A stretch of 64,000 nucleotides of DNA from Obrimoposthia wandeli (GCA_977020255.1 CDROCS010000275.1:248001-312000); one strand, 5' to 3'. Shown: positions 34,101-49,035, numbered from the stretch's first letter. Notes: a model not told the origin generated them from the sequence alone. A program made the numbers and translations.

Positions 34101-37100
34101 CGATTATGAATTAAGACTAATTGTATGAATTAATACAAGTGTAAATGTAAATAAAGGCAATTACAATTAACAATGAATGCAGTTACAAGTACAAGTAAGA
34201 AAGAATACGAATACAATTATGAATGAATATGAATGTAAAAACAAATGTACAAGTACATGAATGAATATTAGTAAAAATATCAATGCATTTGAGTTATAGT
34301 TTGAATAAAGGAGAGTTAGATTGAAAGTGAATGAATACAAGTATACATTCAAGTGAATGCAAATACGAGTAAGAGTTTCAGCAAGTAAATATAAAACTAT
34401 GAATGAGTGACAGTATAAGTGATTGAAAATAAGAGTGTCGATAGTTTGATTGAATGCGAGTGTAATTTATACTATAAGTAAATTAAAATAGAGTTTTCGT
34501 ATGAATAAAGTTATGTTAAGTTACAGTTAGATTAATAACAAGTAAGCAACTATAGGAAGCAGTGATATTGAAGTATGTTAAAAATTAGAACCACTAAGTT
34601 ATGGCAAGATTAATAAAAAACAACACCAAGTTTGAAGGTATGAATGAAAATTAGTAAAATATTTATGTATTTGAATGTAATTGAAAGATAGTTTGAATAA
34701 ATTACATTTAGATTGAATGTAAATGAATGCAAGTATGATTGAATGCTGTTACAAGTACAAGTAAGAAAGAATACGACTGCAAGTACGAATGTCAATTATG
34801 AATGAAAATTAGTAAATATATTAATGAATTTGAATAATTAAAATGTCTTATCTCGTTTGATAAAATTCCTTAATTGAAATATTTTAAAATAATTAGTTTA
34901 ATTTAAATTCTTTATTTTTAAATAACTCGATTATACAATTATATTCGTAAATATAATTGAAATTATCATTATTCGTTTCTCTTTTTAACTATTCGAAAAT
35001 ATATTTATATACAAATTTAGTAAATTAACTCAACAAACAATTTTATTTTTTAATTACTTGATATTTTTGCCATTGTCTTATTAATATAATATGAATATTC
35101 AATTTATTTCTTCAAAAATTCATTTTATATGTTAAATAATATTTTTTTACCACATTATTGTGGTTTTTATCAAGTGTTTTTATTTTTAAACTATAAAAAT
35201 ATTTTAATTATAAAGTTAGTAGCTGTATTCCGCCCACTGCATATAACATAAATTTCAAATATAAAGTACTATTAAATGTATTCTTTCAAATAGTAAATGT
35301 TTTTTCGAGTTATTTAATTTTGTTTACTAGACATTCGAAAATTGACTTGTAAACATAATATTATTTTGCATATATTCACTTTAATATGTTGTAAGTTATT
35401 ACTTTAATATAATCTACAACAAAAAACTTCAAATAATTTAATATTATGATTATTAAGTAAACTACTTGAAGTTTTTATATCAAATGATTTTACTTTATAT
35501 ATATATATATTTTTAATTTGCTTTGTAATTATTATATTTTTAATATATTCATCATTATTTTAGGCATAAATTACAATCATAAAATAATGCAATTTTAAAA
35601 TTAATAAATATTTAAGATATTTAACTTAGAGTTATAATAATTAGGTTTGTATATACATTTGTTTAAATACATCAAAAGGAATAATATAAAAATGGCGGTA
35701 ATTTAAAAATAATATGTTAAAATTTATCATTTTACAGACTTTTATTAAAATCTAAAGGGTTTAAAGCATAAATTGTAACAACAACAAAAGTACAAGTGAG
35801 TTAATATCTTGTAATATTCTATAATTTTTAACATTTGTATTTTAGTAGTTATTAATTGAACTTGAAGTATTCTTTTTTAAATAAATTATTTAAATTTTAA
35901 AAATATCAAATAGTACTTGTTAATATGAATTGCTTTGTATTTGAAACTATTTTCGTCATTGTTTTAATACATTAATTGTAAACAATAAAAAACGCGCAAT
36001 TTTTAAATTTTAATATAATAAATTTGTTATTTTTTTTTTCTAAAGTTACAGTTAGATTATGGAATAATGCTATTAGGCTGACGGACATACATCAATGGAT
36101 TCGATGAATAACTTGTGGTAAGATGAATTTTTATCAAATTATTAATTATTTTATAATTAACATTATGTTTAAAATCAAATTTGTTTAATTAAATCAAAGA
36201 AACGATAAAAAATTTGGCACAAATTTAAATTTTAAAAATATTTTTATTTTAGAAAATTACAAGGATTTTTCTCCAGGACTCCAAAGTATGTATGACATGA
36301 AATTTAAGTTATTTAAAGAAATTTTACCATAATTCTTTAGATGCATAAGCCTGGGAAAAATTTTGTACTAAATTTTCACGTAGAATAGTGTGTGTATTAT
36401 TACGTAATACATTCCTTAACTGATAAGAGTGAACTTTCACATAGAATAATTGATTGATAGATGTGTTGGTACTTTAATATTAAAAAACTTGTTAAATTAA
36501 AATTTGTTTAACTTTATTAATTTCTAACAAATTAAATTGGCGCAAATTTAAATTATTATTTTGAAGAAAACAAATTTACAAGTAATTTTTCCACCAGGAA
36601 TTGTTTAATTACATAAATAAAATGGATAAAAATTAGCGTAAATTTAAATATTTATGAAAAAATAATAATAATACTGTTAGTAAAGTAATTTGAGTTTATT
36701 AACATTTTTTCTTAATATTTATTTTAAATAATGTTACTTTAATATTTAAAAAAAAAAATGATATAAATTAAATTTGTTTAACTTTACCAAAATCTAACAA
36801 AATAATTTGGCACAAATTTAAATTTAAAAAAAATTTATTTTATTTTAAAAAAATTTTCAAGTATTTTTATTTTTTCACCAGGACCTCTTAAAGTATGAAT
36901 AACCTTAAGGGTATATTTGATCTAAATTTTCACATAGAATAGTATGTGTGTTAAAAACCACATTCCTTAACTGATAAGAGTGAACTTTAGCCTTGATTTT
37001 CACATAGAATAGTGTGTGTGTGATTACGTAACACATTCCTTAACTGATAATAGTGAACTTTCATATAGAATAATTGATTGAATACTATATAATTTTTTAA

Positions 37101-37852
37101 TTTATGCCAAATCTAACCCTTAACTTGTGAACGACCATAAAATTTTTACATGAATAAACTCGTAATATGTTGACAAATACAACTATGTACTTGAAACTAT
37201 GAAATTCCAACTTTTTTTAAACCCTTCATCTATGGACGACCATACATATATGGATGAATTCGTCTTCTAAAGATGATTACAACCATGTATTCAAAACTTG
37301 ACATTTAAAACTTGATTTGGTGTATAGCTCGACCCTTTGATTTATGGACAGTCATACTTTATGGGTGAATTCACCTTCAAAAGATGATTACAACCATGTA
37401 CTAAAACCTTGATATTTAAAAAAAAAAAAAAATTTAGCCCGACCCTTTGACCTATGGACGACCACAACCCTTTAGATGTGATGACCAACCATAGTTGACC
37501 TTAATTATACCTTCAAAGTTTCAAGTTAAAACTGAGTCTGACCCTTTGACCTATGGACGACCATAGTGGTATACCAAAGGGTGGAGACTAGATCAATTGA
37601 CCCTTCCCCCCTCTCCCCTATCTTAACCTTTCTGAGCCAGACCCTTATGGTGTGGCAAGACACCCTTATGGTGAGTCAACATATACCTTCATGGTGTGAC
37701 ATTTCTATGGTGAGGCAACATATACCCTTACGGTGTGACACCTTATGGTGTGACATTTCTATGGTGTGATACCCTTATGGTGTGACACCCTTTAACTTGG
37801 TGTGCGCACACAGGGGGGGTCAAGTGATCTAGACTCCATCCTTCTACCTACT
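31107..37852. mobile_element. Non-autonomous fold-back Polinton derivative, 6,746 bp
   Basis: Same AGTAGG...CCTACT ends; TSD TACGTG (31101-31106, 37853-37858); arms 31107-33635 and 35481-37852 are inverted repeats; no recognisable genes. Confidence 0.93.
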
Positions 37853-38440
37853 TACGTGCTATAAAGAAGTTTTCTAGACCACAATCACAACGTCAATTAC
37901 GGAAATATCTCGGTATTATCAATTTTTACCACCTATTTATGCTGCCAACATTCTTTCATCTAGTCTTAAGAAAGCCAAGAAAGACTTCCAATGGAGTCAT
38001 GAATGTGAATTAGCCTTCAATAGATCTAAGACAGCCCGAGCTGAATTAGTTGCACTTAGACATCCTCAAGTAGATAGCCCGATGGCTATTACAACAAATG
38101 CGTCAGACATAGCAGTCGGAGGAGTCCTCGAGCAATTTAAAGATGGTCAGTGGGTCCCAATCTCATTTTCGTCAAGAAAACTCAGTCCAGCAGTACAAAA
38201 TTATGGCACCTTCGATAGCAAGCTAATCGGCCTCCTAGATGGAATAAAACACTTTTAGCATCTCGTTGATGGTCGACACTAAACAGTATTTACGGACCAT
38301 AAGCCTTTGATTTACGCTCTAACATCTAAAGCAGAGAAAAGAACTGCAGCTCAGATCAGAAGAATTCATCGATTATCCACCTTTACGACAGATATACGCC
38401 ATGTCTCAAGAAAGGGAAATCTGGTTGCTGAAATCCGCCA
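37853..38440 (+). mobile_element. Ty3/gypsy element, continuation (RT thumb, RNase H)
   Basis: The empty site reads ERIRAIKKFSRPQSQRQLRKYLG; then ASDIAVGGVLEQ...FSSRKL...VFTDHKPL. Confidence 0.9.
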
Positions 38441-41400
38441 GAAGATATACTAGACAACGACTCAGATTTTGACTATTGTTAGAGTTAAATTTAAAAGAAC
38501 ATTAAAATTACTATCCTTAAAAACTGTTAAGCAAATAACAAATATAATAACAATTGCTTAAGTTATGAATAAAGTTTATACCAAAATACTTATTAAAATG
38601 TTAAGTAGTGACCCACAATTAAGAATCATAGTTTTATTATATTAAATAATTATGTGTAAAATTCACCTTTTTACGAATAACTTTTTAAAAAAAGACCATA
38701 AATCAAAATCTGAACTACACATAAATTAGTAATGAAATATCAATTTATTTCATGTATGCTCGAAAGGATTTAAAAATATTGAACTAAAATTAAATTAGAA
38801 AATTAAAACTCACAACAACTTTCAGTGAAGGCTTTCACTAAAAACAAGAAGACAGAATATTTGAAGTTTCTATAGTAAAGCTTTATAACAAATTGGCTCT
38901 CTGATCAAAAATTGCAAAATGTTTAATAATTATAAATTAATAAAGACTTTCCTAATTAAGAAGCATTATGAAGAGTTCCTGTGACATCAACCAACTGGAA
39001 AGTGCATCGACTTGAAATGATCGATCAGGGATTCGATGGAACGTTCTAGATTTTTCATTTGTTCTCAATTACGTCATTTATCTGTGACGTCTCGATAAAT
39101 CATCGGCGGGACCCCACTGATTTAAAAACAAAAAAAATTCTGATAACCGCAGAATAATACTCAAAACTTATACAATAAAAAAATCATCTTACGTGTATCT
39201 GGAAGATAATTTTAATTCAATTTAAAATATTATAAATTTATCTAAGAAGTCCCAGCTAGTCTATGGCCAATCCACACATATTATATTTCAAATCTGGAAC
39301 GTCTAGTACGAACCAAGGCCATTCCAGTATAGCTGTACCTATTACGGCCCCCCTCCACGACAACTTTTTTCCCAACATGAAGCTACAGTAAATTGCTTGT
39401 CATCAAGTTCAAGTTTTGTGTGCCTTTGGAAAATATGCGATCATTAAATTCATGCACTGCCTAAATATAAGTATATGTTTTGTTACACGGAACTATCGTG
39501 GCTTTTAATTTTTCCTGATGACCCAAATTACGAATAAACCTTCTCAACTGTTAACCACAGATTTATTAAATGTTCAAATTTCTTATCAAGTTCTTATCGT
39601 CATAGTGTTCTTAAAGAAAAGTTCATTTTAAATTATTTAGTAGGTTTCTTACCGTGTGTCGATTATATCGTGTAACGAATAACCTAAAATTATTATGATA
39701 GAATTTCGTATTGGAAAGATACAAATCAATAACATGTTTAAGTTAAAGAACGCAATAAAATGTTTACATGAAAGTTCCATGATTTCTTTCACTTCAAAAC
39801 ATTCTACATTCTTGTACAAAGTACCTTAAATCAAAACATATTTTAATTGTTTCGTGATAAAATTATCATAAATGATTTTCTTAACACTTGCAATCGATAG
39901 CTTCACAGCTTAAAATGGAGGGCTAAAGAAGTTCCTTTATAAAATTCAAATATTTTGGCAACTTACTTACCAGATGAAGTATTCCTTATGAACGAGACTT
40001 AATTTGTTTTCAAGCTCTTCCAAACAAGACATAAAATTTGTAAAATGCAGGTTCTCAATTTCCGTATGCTGTAATGTTTCTGTTATTAGAAAATCGGTTA
40101 ACCAACGCTTTTTCGATAGACTGCATATGTCATGACTACCAGTCACTTAGAAATCAAATAAAAATCTTGAATGGTTTCAAAAAAGTTGGCTTCATTATCT
40201 AGATGCGATTCCACTTTATTCGTAAAAAAGCCTGGAGGATATGTTTGTCGATTATTGCTCTTCTCATCCTCATAATATTAAAGAATCATTGACTAGCAAT
40301 AATCGTATCTTCTTAACACTAAACTTAACAGCAATCATTCAACATTGAGATCTTAAAAACATTCGAATGGTCAAACTAAAGTATTGCAAAGACAGCAGTT
40401 CTACATATACTCATATTATAATCATGGATTATGATATGTGAAATGTGACAGCGGTAGATGCTATAAATAAGATATTTACATATTGGATTGTAATTAACTA
40501 TTGATTGATATTAAGTAATTATAAATATTGTTTTTACATGTGGGTTTAGATATTCAACTTAAGAAGAGAAACAATTTACATAATATGCATTAAATGATGA
40601 TAATGAGTTCCTATTTCAGTTAATACTTTTGTGAAAACATTCTTTCTCTATACTACAATCTTTAGATAATGAACAAAACGAAATATAAATTTTTTCTAAC
40701 TTAAAGTTTGATTTTCTAAAACAGTTAGTTGTATTTCGAATATTTATCCAGCATGGAAATATCAGCAGTAGGTGTATGGGTTTGACTCGTATTTCAATGA
40801 CATTGAAATATGTTTTCTCACAAATGTTAAGAATACTGCTAAACAAAGTTGTATTATAGACATTTCTTGATGCAAATGCACTTTCCTCATATATATCTGA
40901 ATGTAACTGAATGTTACTACATTACATATTATTTTAATAATAAGTTAATAATAAGCAAAAGATTTACTAAGGGCAGTATTCGACAGTCTTCCACAATGAT
41001 TTTTAATTATTTTTGTGAGTTTTTAGCGGCCTATAATAACATTTTCCTTGTAAACCTGATTTCTGATCTTTTTGAATAAATTTGGTTATTCTAGGCAGTA
41101 TACTTTTAAATTTGCCGCTAAAAACTCATAAAAATAATTAAGTATTATTAAAACAATTTATTCAAAGAAGTTAAAATATTAATTTTGGATCTTTTACCAT
41201 TTATTTTTTTCTCAATTTTATGTGTAAAATCATTAAAAACATTTAGAATTTTTTAGAATGCATTTTAATATGATAATAATGTTTTACAATCAAATAGTCA
41301 TATGCATGTTTATTTATTGTTATTTTTATAATTTATTATTAGAATAATTTATGTTATATGTTAATAATATGGTGTTTTTAATATGTTTTTAATATTTAAA

Positions 41401-44400
41401 TATAGAAATTTCATTATTATAATTAAGACTTCTTTTTAAATAAACAATTTAATTATTATATTAAATTATTTAAATTATTAAAATATGTGACCTTTTTCAT
41501 TATTTTTTCTTTAAAATAATTAAAAATCATTGTGGACGACTGTCGAATATTACCTATTATAGTAAAAAATCTTTTAAATTTAGTTTTGTTTGAAATTTGA
41601 CTATTTAAAAACATTTAAACAACATTTATATAGTCTTTTAGTTCAAAATTACTCCGTTTTAACATGTCATGAATTGTAAATATTGATATCTTATCAATAT
41701 TTACCCCTATTTAAAATGTATTATTTTAATATTCAGAGGCCCTTGTTACCATTTAATGAATGTCAGAAACCTTTAAATATTATGTCAGTATAGGGCATCT
41801 AAATATATGATTAAAAATATGTTAGAATTAAACTTTTACATATATTGTACAATAAATATTTCTCAAATAACTTAATATTTTTCGGCAAAATAATTTTAAT
41901 GAAACATAATTTGTATAATTTGCACTTGTAATAATAGTTATTTAAAATAAGATTTAAATTTTTAAATAAAATTCATGAAACATTGGTTATTTTGTACTAG
42001 AAATAAGTTTAGATATTCTAATTTTCCTCAATTTCTTAGAATTATAGTACAAATTTAAACATATAAATGTCTTTTATTCAGGAAAACATATTAGTAGTGA
42101 AGACTATACACGACTCAAAAATATTAACAACGGAGTGCGAACTGTAATTATACTTCATAATTTTTGCTGTACAATTTTCTCTACTAAATACATGTATATA
42201 GCATTTGTAACTCTTTCAGAGGTATATCAAAATTTACTTGTATTTATATTTAATAATCTTTTATTATCTATCTAATGTTATATATTTAACATATGAATTT
42301 ATACATTAAAAATAATTATTCCTATTCGAAACTGGTTATTTTAAAGTAAATTACAAGTAAGTCAAGTATATGAAATCTATTAAAAAGAGACTAAAATCTG
42401 AATACTTTTATGAATTTAATAATCAAGAAAAGTCATTCTCAGGAACATAAAACAAAAACTGCATAAACATATTTGAATACAAATTACCTTCAAACTTTAG
42501 CTACAGCTTTTACGTAGAGCAGTAGAGCTTTAACTTTGTTTGATTCAATAAAATAAAATTTGAATCTTATATGAGGCTAGTTTTAACTTTATTTTTGAAG
42601 CTCTGTATACCGAAAATAAAGCTACAGTTTCAAACTTTCAATTTTTTATATCAATAATATTGTTTAGAAAACATTCGAACTCTGATGCTACTTTTAGGGA
42701 GATATATCATCTTGTTTTGGCAACCTTATAACTACATGAATTAGATATACATATGATAAAATTGGAACGTTACAGAGAGGATTTTTATAATTAGATTAAT
42801 GTAGTTATGGTGCAATCCAGAATGCTTTAGTTTTAAATCGAAGCTTACGAAATTATCGTATTACCTACAACATAATGTGTATTACTGCCCACCATTCTGA
42901 CAAGTATGTCATATTTTATTACTTTTGCGAACTTGACAGATAAATCTTTGTAAAATATGACAAAATAACAATATTAATTGGAGTCAAATATATATAACAA
43001 CTTTAATTGTACTCTCAGGATGAGATTTCGTACAAAAGAATGACACATTAAAATGTAAAAAATATATGAAAGTGTGATGAATGATGATTGTTTCTTACTA
43101 AGTTTGATTTAGAAATTCAATATAGAACACTCGTTGAATCTGATGAGCTACCATAAGTGGATAAGGCTCAAGGAGAAGGATTGTGTAGCCTATGTGATGA
43201 TGATGTTGATAAGGAAGGAATATAATGCGTCTTCCTCAGATATTTACAACAGGGCTGATAGGTTTGAGGTTGATATGTGGTTCACATTTGACCATTGCCC
43301 GAAGTCTGTCACTGGTTCAGATGATCTGGGAATTTACAACAATAAGGTCAACATTCCTTTGTTCTCTGCAATGGATAGTACCTTGATCCGGATAGGCTTG
43401 CTAATTAGTTCAAAATATTCAGCAACATTTTGTTCAATGGCAAATACTTCGAAACAAATTGAAATCTTGAATTATTTTCTTTATCATTTTTTATATTATG
43501 TTGGCTAATTCATGCATATTTCAAACTGTCGAAAAGCCATTGGAAGCCATTGTTTCCATTTCCAAAATATATATAATCTCTTGTTTCTTACCATGCACTC
43601 TCATTTCCAGTAATTTAAAAAAACAAATGTTCTCCATTATTTTCGACATAAGGCATCTTACTACTACCTGAAGCACTATATTATAATCAGGATAATAACT
43701 TGATCAACAAAATATCTAAATATGCAGTCACTCAAACGTATTAAGGGGTTTTAAAAAACTATAACAAGAAATATTAAAGTAAAACAATTAAATATATTTT
43801 GTTTTATTAGTGTAACATTTCAATTTGATATCAAATATCACAAATATCAAATATTAACAAATGTGCTGAAGATTATTGCAGTTATAGCTATTCATAAATC
43901 TTGTTTTTTCACAAATCTTCAAAATGTTTTCCATACTATTTTTGAGAGGTATAATTCATTGTATCAGTAGTATTTTGCAGTAGTATATTCAGTCCTCGAA
44001 CGATTTTGAAAACAATAGACTAGATATGGCCCAATATAAACAGTCAAGTGATTTACACCATTTCGTCCAGAAATAATTTTATTTAAAAAGGTAGGTACTA
44101 TTAAACCCTAGTTTGGTGGCGTCCCATCTTATTGAAAATAAGTTGCAGAAACTCTTATATTTTTCTGAAGTACTTGAACAAAATATGTTTAAGCATATTT
44201 AGATAACTTTCCTTGTTAACAGTTACATCAAATAAAGATGAACCAATGATGCAGTCTTCAAAAATGGCAGTCCGTACCGATAACACTTACCATTTCAGAG
44301 GCCTTTGCTCGAAAGCATAAGGATTTTCAAAATCCCGAATTACAATATTCTCATATCACAAAAATAATTATAAAATGCAAAAAATCACATTTTTTGTGAG

Positions 44401-44568
44401 TCAAAATCAATTTGGTTATTAAACTCTACCTATATCTAACTGGTAATTAGAAATTCTACTAACTCACTAATTTCAGCGAGTGTACACTTTATTCTTCATA
44501 TTATTAGAAATGCAAATCCAAATGATTTATAACTGAATTCCCAAAACCAAAAAGGGCTGAGCACTTAC

Positions 44569-44973
44569 ATTGATGCCAGATTTCCAGTTGCACAGTCTCC
44601 AAATGAGGCATGGGAAGTTGAACATGAGTGCTTGCAGCATTAAGATGAAGGGAACCCACTGGTAGTAGAGCAGCCGGGAGTTGTCTCGCTGGGCGATCAG
44701 CTCCGGTATGTGGCGGTACGGATTGATGAAGTAGGTGCTCGACACCCAGCACACTGACTCTGCATACTCCTCCTGGGCACTGGTAAACTCGGTGGGTACC
44801 CAGCAGGCGATGGGCTTGCCCACATATTGGCGAGTGGACACCACCAGCGTGAACCCGATCAGCAGGACTGTGGTGAAGAAGTGACTGAATCTGTCGGCCT
44901 GGTCATCGTCGCGACGAAATTTGCCAATATCCACTTTGAACTTGGACAAACCGGCGAAGAACGGAGCCTCCAT
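44569..44973 (-). CDS. Innexin, first coding exon (135 codons)
   Basis: DDQADR..QYVGKPIACWVPTEF..EEYAESVCW..YYQWVPFILMLQALMF; GTAAGT donor at 44568. Confidence 0.92.
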
Positions 44974-46129
44974 GTTTAGAACTCAGTAAACTTGAGCGGC
45001 AGCAGCACAAGCGACAATAACGACAACAGCGGCAGAAGCAGTGTTTAGAGAAACCTCATCTGAAACTTCATTGTAGCTCTGTGTAATAAGCAGAAATCAG
45101 AAAGAGCCAATCAGTGGTCACATTTCCTATGAATTTTCTCCAGACAATCTGTGTGTATGATCCATGGATCCGTTCTCTTTTCTAATATTGATTGGAGTAT
45201 ATAATTCTTCGTTAATTGATTTACAGGAAACAGTTACTTATTATGCAAATCTTTGGCAGAAATTCGCTTTGACATATGTATCAATACAGCAATAAAAATT
45301 CGAAATTAATTTCGGTTATTTTAACGGTTACTTTGTCATTTGAAATAATCGCCAATTGCACAATGCTAAAAAATACAATTATACGATTCTCCATTTACGC
45401 CAGTGTTGCTCAACTTCTTCAAGGACGTAATTTAAACCAGAAATAATAGCAGGAAATATTTAAATTTAATTTCAAAATGGCAAATTCACAATTTTCCCTT
45501 AGTTTTTCTTTCGAATATGTAAGCTTTATTGGTATATAAACTGATATTGTCCAAAAATCAACAACAAAAATTTAACTTATTAATTCAAATTAAATTTCAG
45601 TCTATAATGCTTCAAAGGGCATTGAAAATTTAGAAAATGTATTTTATGACAAAGTCATTCACATAATGGTTTCTTCAGATAATCCAATTAAGAAAATCTG
45701 AAAATGAATTATGCATTTCAATTTGTAAGTAGCTGAACATATCAAATTAAGCTTATCCTCAAGCTATAAGCTCACTTAGGCCGTATTCAAGAACCTTCCT
45801 TAACTTTAAGGAACATTAACTAAAATTATTTTCTTAACTAAGGAGTTCCTTAACTTTTTTACTAAAGTCCGTCTCATAAGAATAGTTGTATTTCTTTAAC
45901 TAAGGAAAACGTTAAGCAGAAAGCTAAATATTTAAATTCTCAGATAATTAAAGTTGCAAAAAAAATTATAATAATAAAATATATAATATAAAATATATTT
46001 AAATTATTTTTAAACTTTTTATTTCAAAAAGAAAGCAACTCAAAATAAAATAAAATTTTCATCGAAAAAATAATTCTAAAAACTCATTATTTTGAATAAT
46101 ATTCATAAAACAACTTATTCGATCATAAT

Positions 46130-46600
46130 TTGATATATCTTTGTGTCTATAGAAATTCTCCAAAAGCTTGGGTATTAACTCATATATTTGAAAAATTATT
46201 AGATAATTCTAATTCAGAAATGGAACAATGTAACCGAAATATCTTATTGATAATTGATTATGTACCTGTAAATGAAATGGTAGAATGTACCAACATAAAA
46301 ATAATATATCTACCACCAAATTCAACTGGAATTACACAAACTCTAGATTTGGGTAACTTTTATCTATATCAATAATTAAATTAAATATTTTATATTAAGC
46401 ATTATAAGATCAGCTAAAGCAAAACTCGGGCGTAAGCAAATAGAAAGAATATTTATCGAAAAGCTAAATGGAAAAATACTAATGAATCTTTCAAAGATTA
46501 TTCAATTAAATTTACTGAAGTAGATTTTACAGATGCTTGGGATTGTGTTGAAATTTCTATAACTAAAAATTGCTTTAACGCTACTCCGTTAATCGATGGA
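46130..46600 (+). pseudogene. pogo/Tigger DDE_1 transposase remnant
   Basis: KAWVLTHIFE...RNILLIIDY...IIYLPPNSTGITQTLDLG. Confidence 0.8.
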
Positions 46601-48831
46601 CAAAGTTTATTGTAACGTTTGAAGATGAACAATTAACAAATGCTATTATAAATGAAGTCATAGACAACGTAATATATGTAAAAGAAATAGAGGAATAACT
46701 ACAGTTTGACCTGTTTGGTATACATTGGTATATAAATACAGATATACTTTGACAACTAGTTTTCTTTAACTTTCAAGCTACGTCAGGGAATGTGAATATT
46801 CAAAACCAATATAGATACAAAAAATATGTATATGCCTGGTCTCAATAATAATGTATTGCGAATACCCAAAGTAATCAATAAAAAAGAAACAGAAAAAAAT
46901 TGAAATAGTTTTAAAAAATTATATGAATCATTCGTTATATTGCAGTTAATTTATTTGACGGTAATAAAATAGCTTCACAATTGTTGCATAAAATAAATTC
47001 TCAATACAATATTTTAGGCCGTGAAATTAATATTTATTTATGTTTTCCCTTATTTTACTCAGGTAATTTTACGCTGGTTTATTTTACTATATATTATACT
47101 CCTTTGGCAATGGTTTGTACAAGATAAATCTACTGGTATCTCTGAACTAAAATATGCCAAATTGATGTGATGCGGTATAAATTTGATGAAGGACTTAGTT
47201 TAATTCACATTCTTTTAATGTTCTTTTACGATGTTTTCAAAACTAAAACGTTTTGAATTACTCATTAAACACATAATAAAAATAAATTACTCATACGTAC
47301 TCATTTACACTTTTTAATTTAAAAATTTGTATGCATTCTTATATTTTTATACTGTTTATTAAATGTCGACATTGGTTACTTAACGTTTATAAAGACCATT
47401 CATTTACCCATATGCAAATAGAGAATCAAGTTTTTAAACTAAAGAGAGCAGGTAAACTAGACTTCAATTGATAATTAATGGCAGCAGTCATCAGGGGAAG
47501 CCGACAAAACGTACAGCTGCACATAGCATTGGAATTAGAGATAAATAAATATAATTTTAGTGTTAAATATAGATGTTACAAATAAGATGTATTTTTCAGA
47601 TTTATTTAATTTACATTAACAAAATTTTCTAACGAGGAAAATACATCTGCTGCCAGAAGGAACATGCATAAGTTCTATAAAACTGCATATGTGTGTATGA
47701 ATTTCACATCTGACCTCCAAGGTTGGACCTGAAAAGATGATTATAGATGAATATATACATGAATCCAGATAGCTACACATATATTTTTAGGAGAAAAAAA
47801 TACAACACAAAAAATAATTTCAATACATTTATTAAATCAAATATAAAACAACGTATTAGCTTCACTCAAAGTCCAAAGAAGTTGTATTTTTTTCATCGGT
47901 ATCAGCATAATATCCATTAAATCATATTACAATACTTCATATCTCTCAATATAAGTAGAACCAATCAAATAACCAAGGTCATTTCTAAAAGCCATACTGG
48001 GATTACTTTCAATCTGAAAAGAATTTCCTACATATCCATAATCAGGTATGTAAAATTCCAAAATATTTTTGAATTGATCAATATCAGATGTTGTTAAAAT
48101 TTAAATTAAATATTTATTTTCAACCTTTGATATTTTCGCAGGATTCATAACTCGTATAATTTAATGCCTCTTTAATATATTACGCGGTTTCCCTTTCGAA
48201 AGTCTTTCCGGATAATAAAAATTACGTAAATAACTAAGAAAAGGATCCAATCTAAAAATAAAGAAACTGATTTAAAAAAATATTTATATAAAATTATTTT
48301 AAACAAGTTACAAATATTATGAAACGAAATTAAAATATTAAAACTGATTATGATTTATTACTTGAATACATGCAGAAATATACAAATGAAAGAAACATGG
48401 TAAAAATAAAGTTATCTAGAAAGAAAGAAATACTAGCGATATGAGCATGTTCAATTTTCCACATAGGTAGATTTGTTCTAATTTCATCCTTCTTATAACC
48501 ATGGATATTGATATTACATCAAATGGTTTAGTTTAAAGTCACAGGTCAGCTTGGTTCACACAATACTATGTTCGAATATAAATATGTACCAAGCGAATGA
48601 TGGTATTCTTCTTGATGTTGCTCGTAAAGCTGGACAGGTGAACCCGATGTTCAGCTAAGAACACCTGATACTCCTTGTCCTCCATTATTCAGCAGAACGG
48701 GTAGGCGTAATCAGAGATTGAAATGAAAAAGGTAAAAGCATATATATTAAAGTTTATATACACACACTATTATCTTATTGGCCGAAATTATTAATTTTCA
48801 TTTAATTGATTTCTTCAATTGCCATAATTGT

Positions 48832-49035
48832 CTATTTACATGGCAGGCAATAGTAAGATAGACTTATAGGTCGACTTATAGACCTCTTATATGCACAATA
48901 TTCACCATGACAGTGATATGGACAGCAAATATTATTTGGAATTTTTAACAAATGATCATGCAAAATATTAAATATGATAAATGTATTGTACTTTTTGCCA
49001 TTCATTTCATCTAAAACATAAAAAAAACATTTCAA
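48832..49035 (-). pseudogene. Diverged remnant of the Polinton exonuclease-like gene
   Basis: FYVLDEMNGKK...KIPNNICCPYHCHGEYCAYK resembles FYVMDSIDGKK...KMPKNIRCPFRKHGKHCAYLK (23498-24028). Confidence 0.65.

Noticed and set aside
34167-34795. Two hydrophobic 61-aa minus-strand ORFs
   Set aside because: Low-complexity products of a strand-biased repeat; non-ATG starts.
40950-41580. Degenerate inverted repeats around gactgtcgaa / ttcgacagtc
   Set aside because: Probably an old MITE; boundaries and TSD not definable.
43134-43508. 124-aa ORF with raised GC, tested as a possible innexin exon or retroelement piece
   Set aside because: No recognisable motif on either strand by eye; left unassigned.
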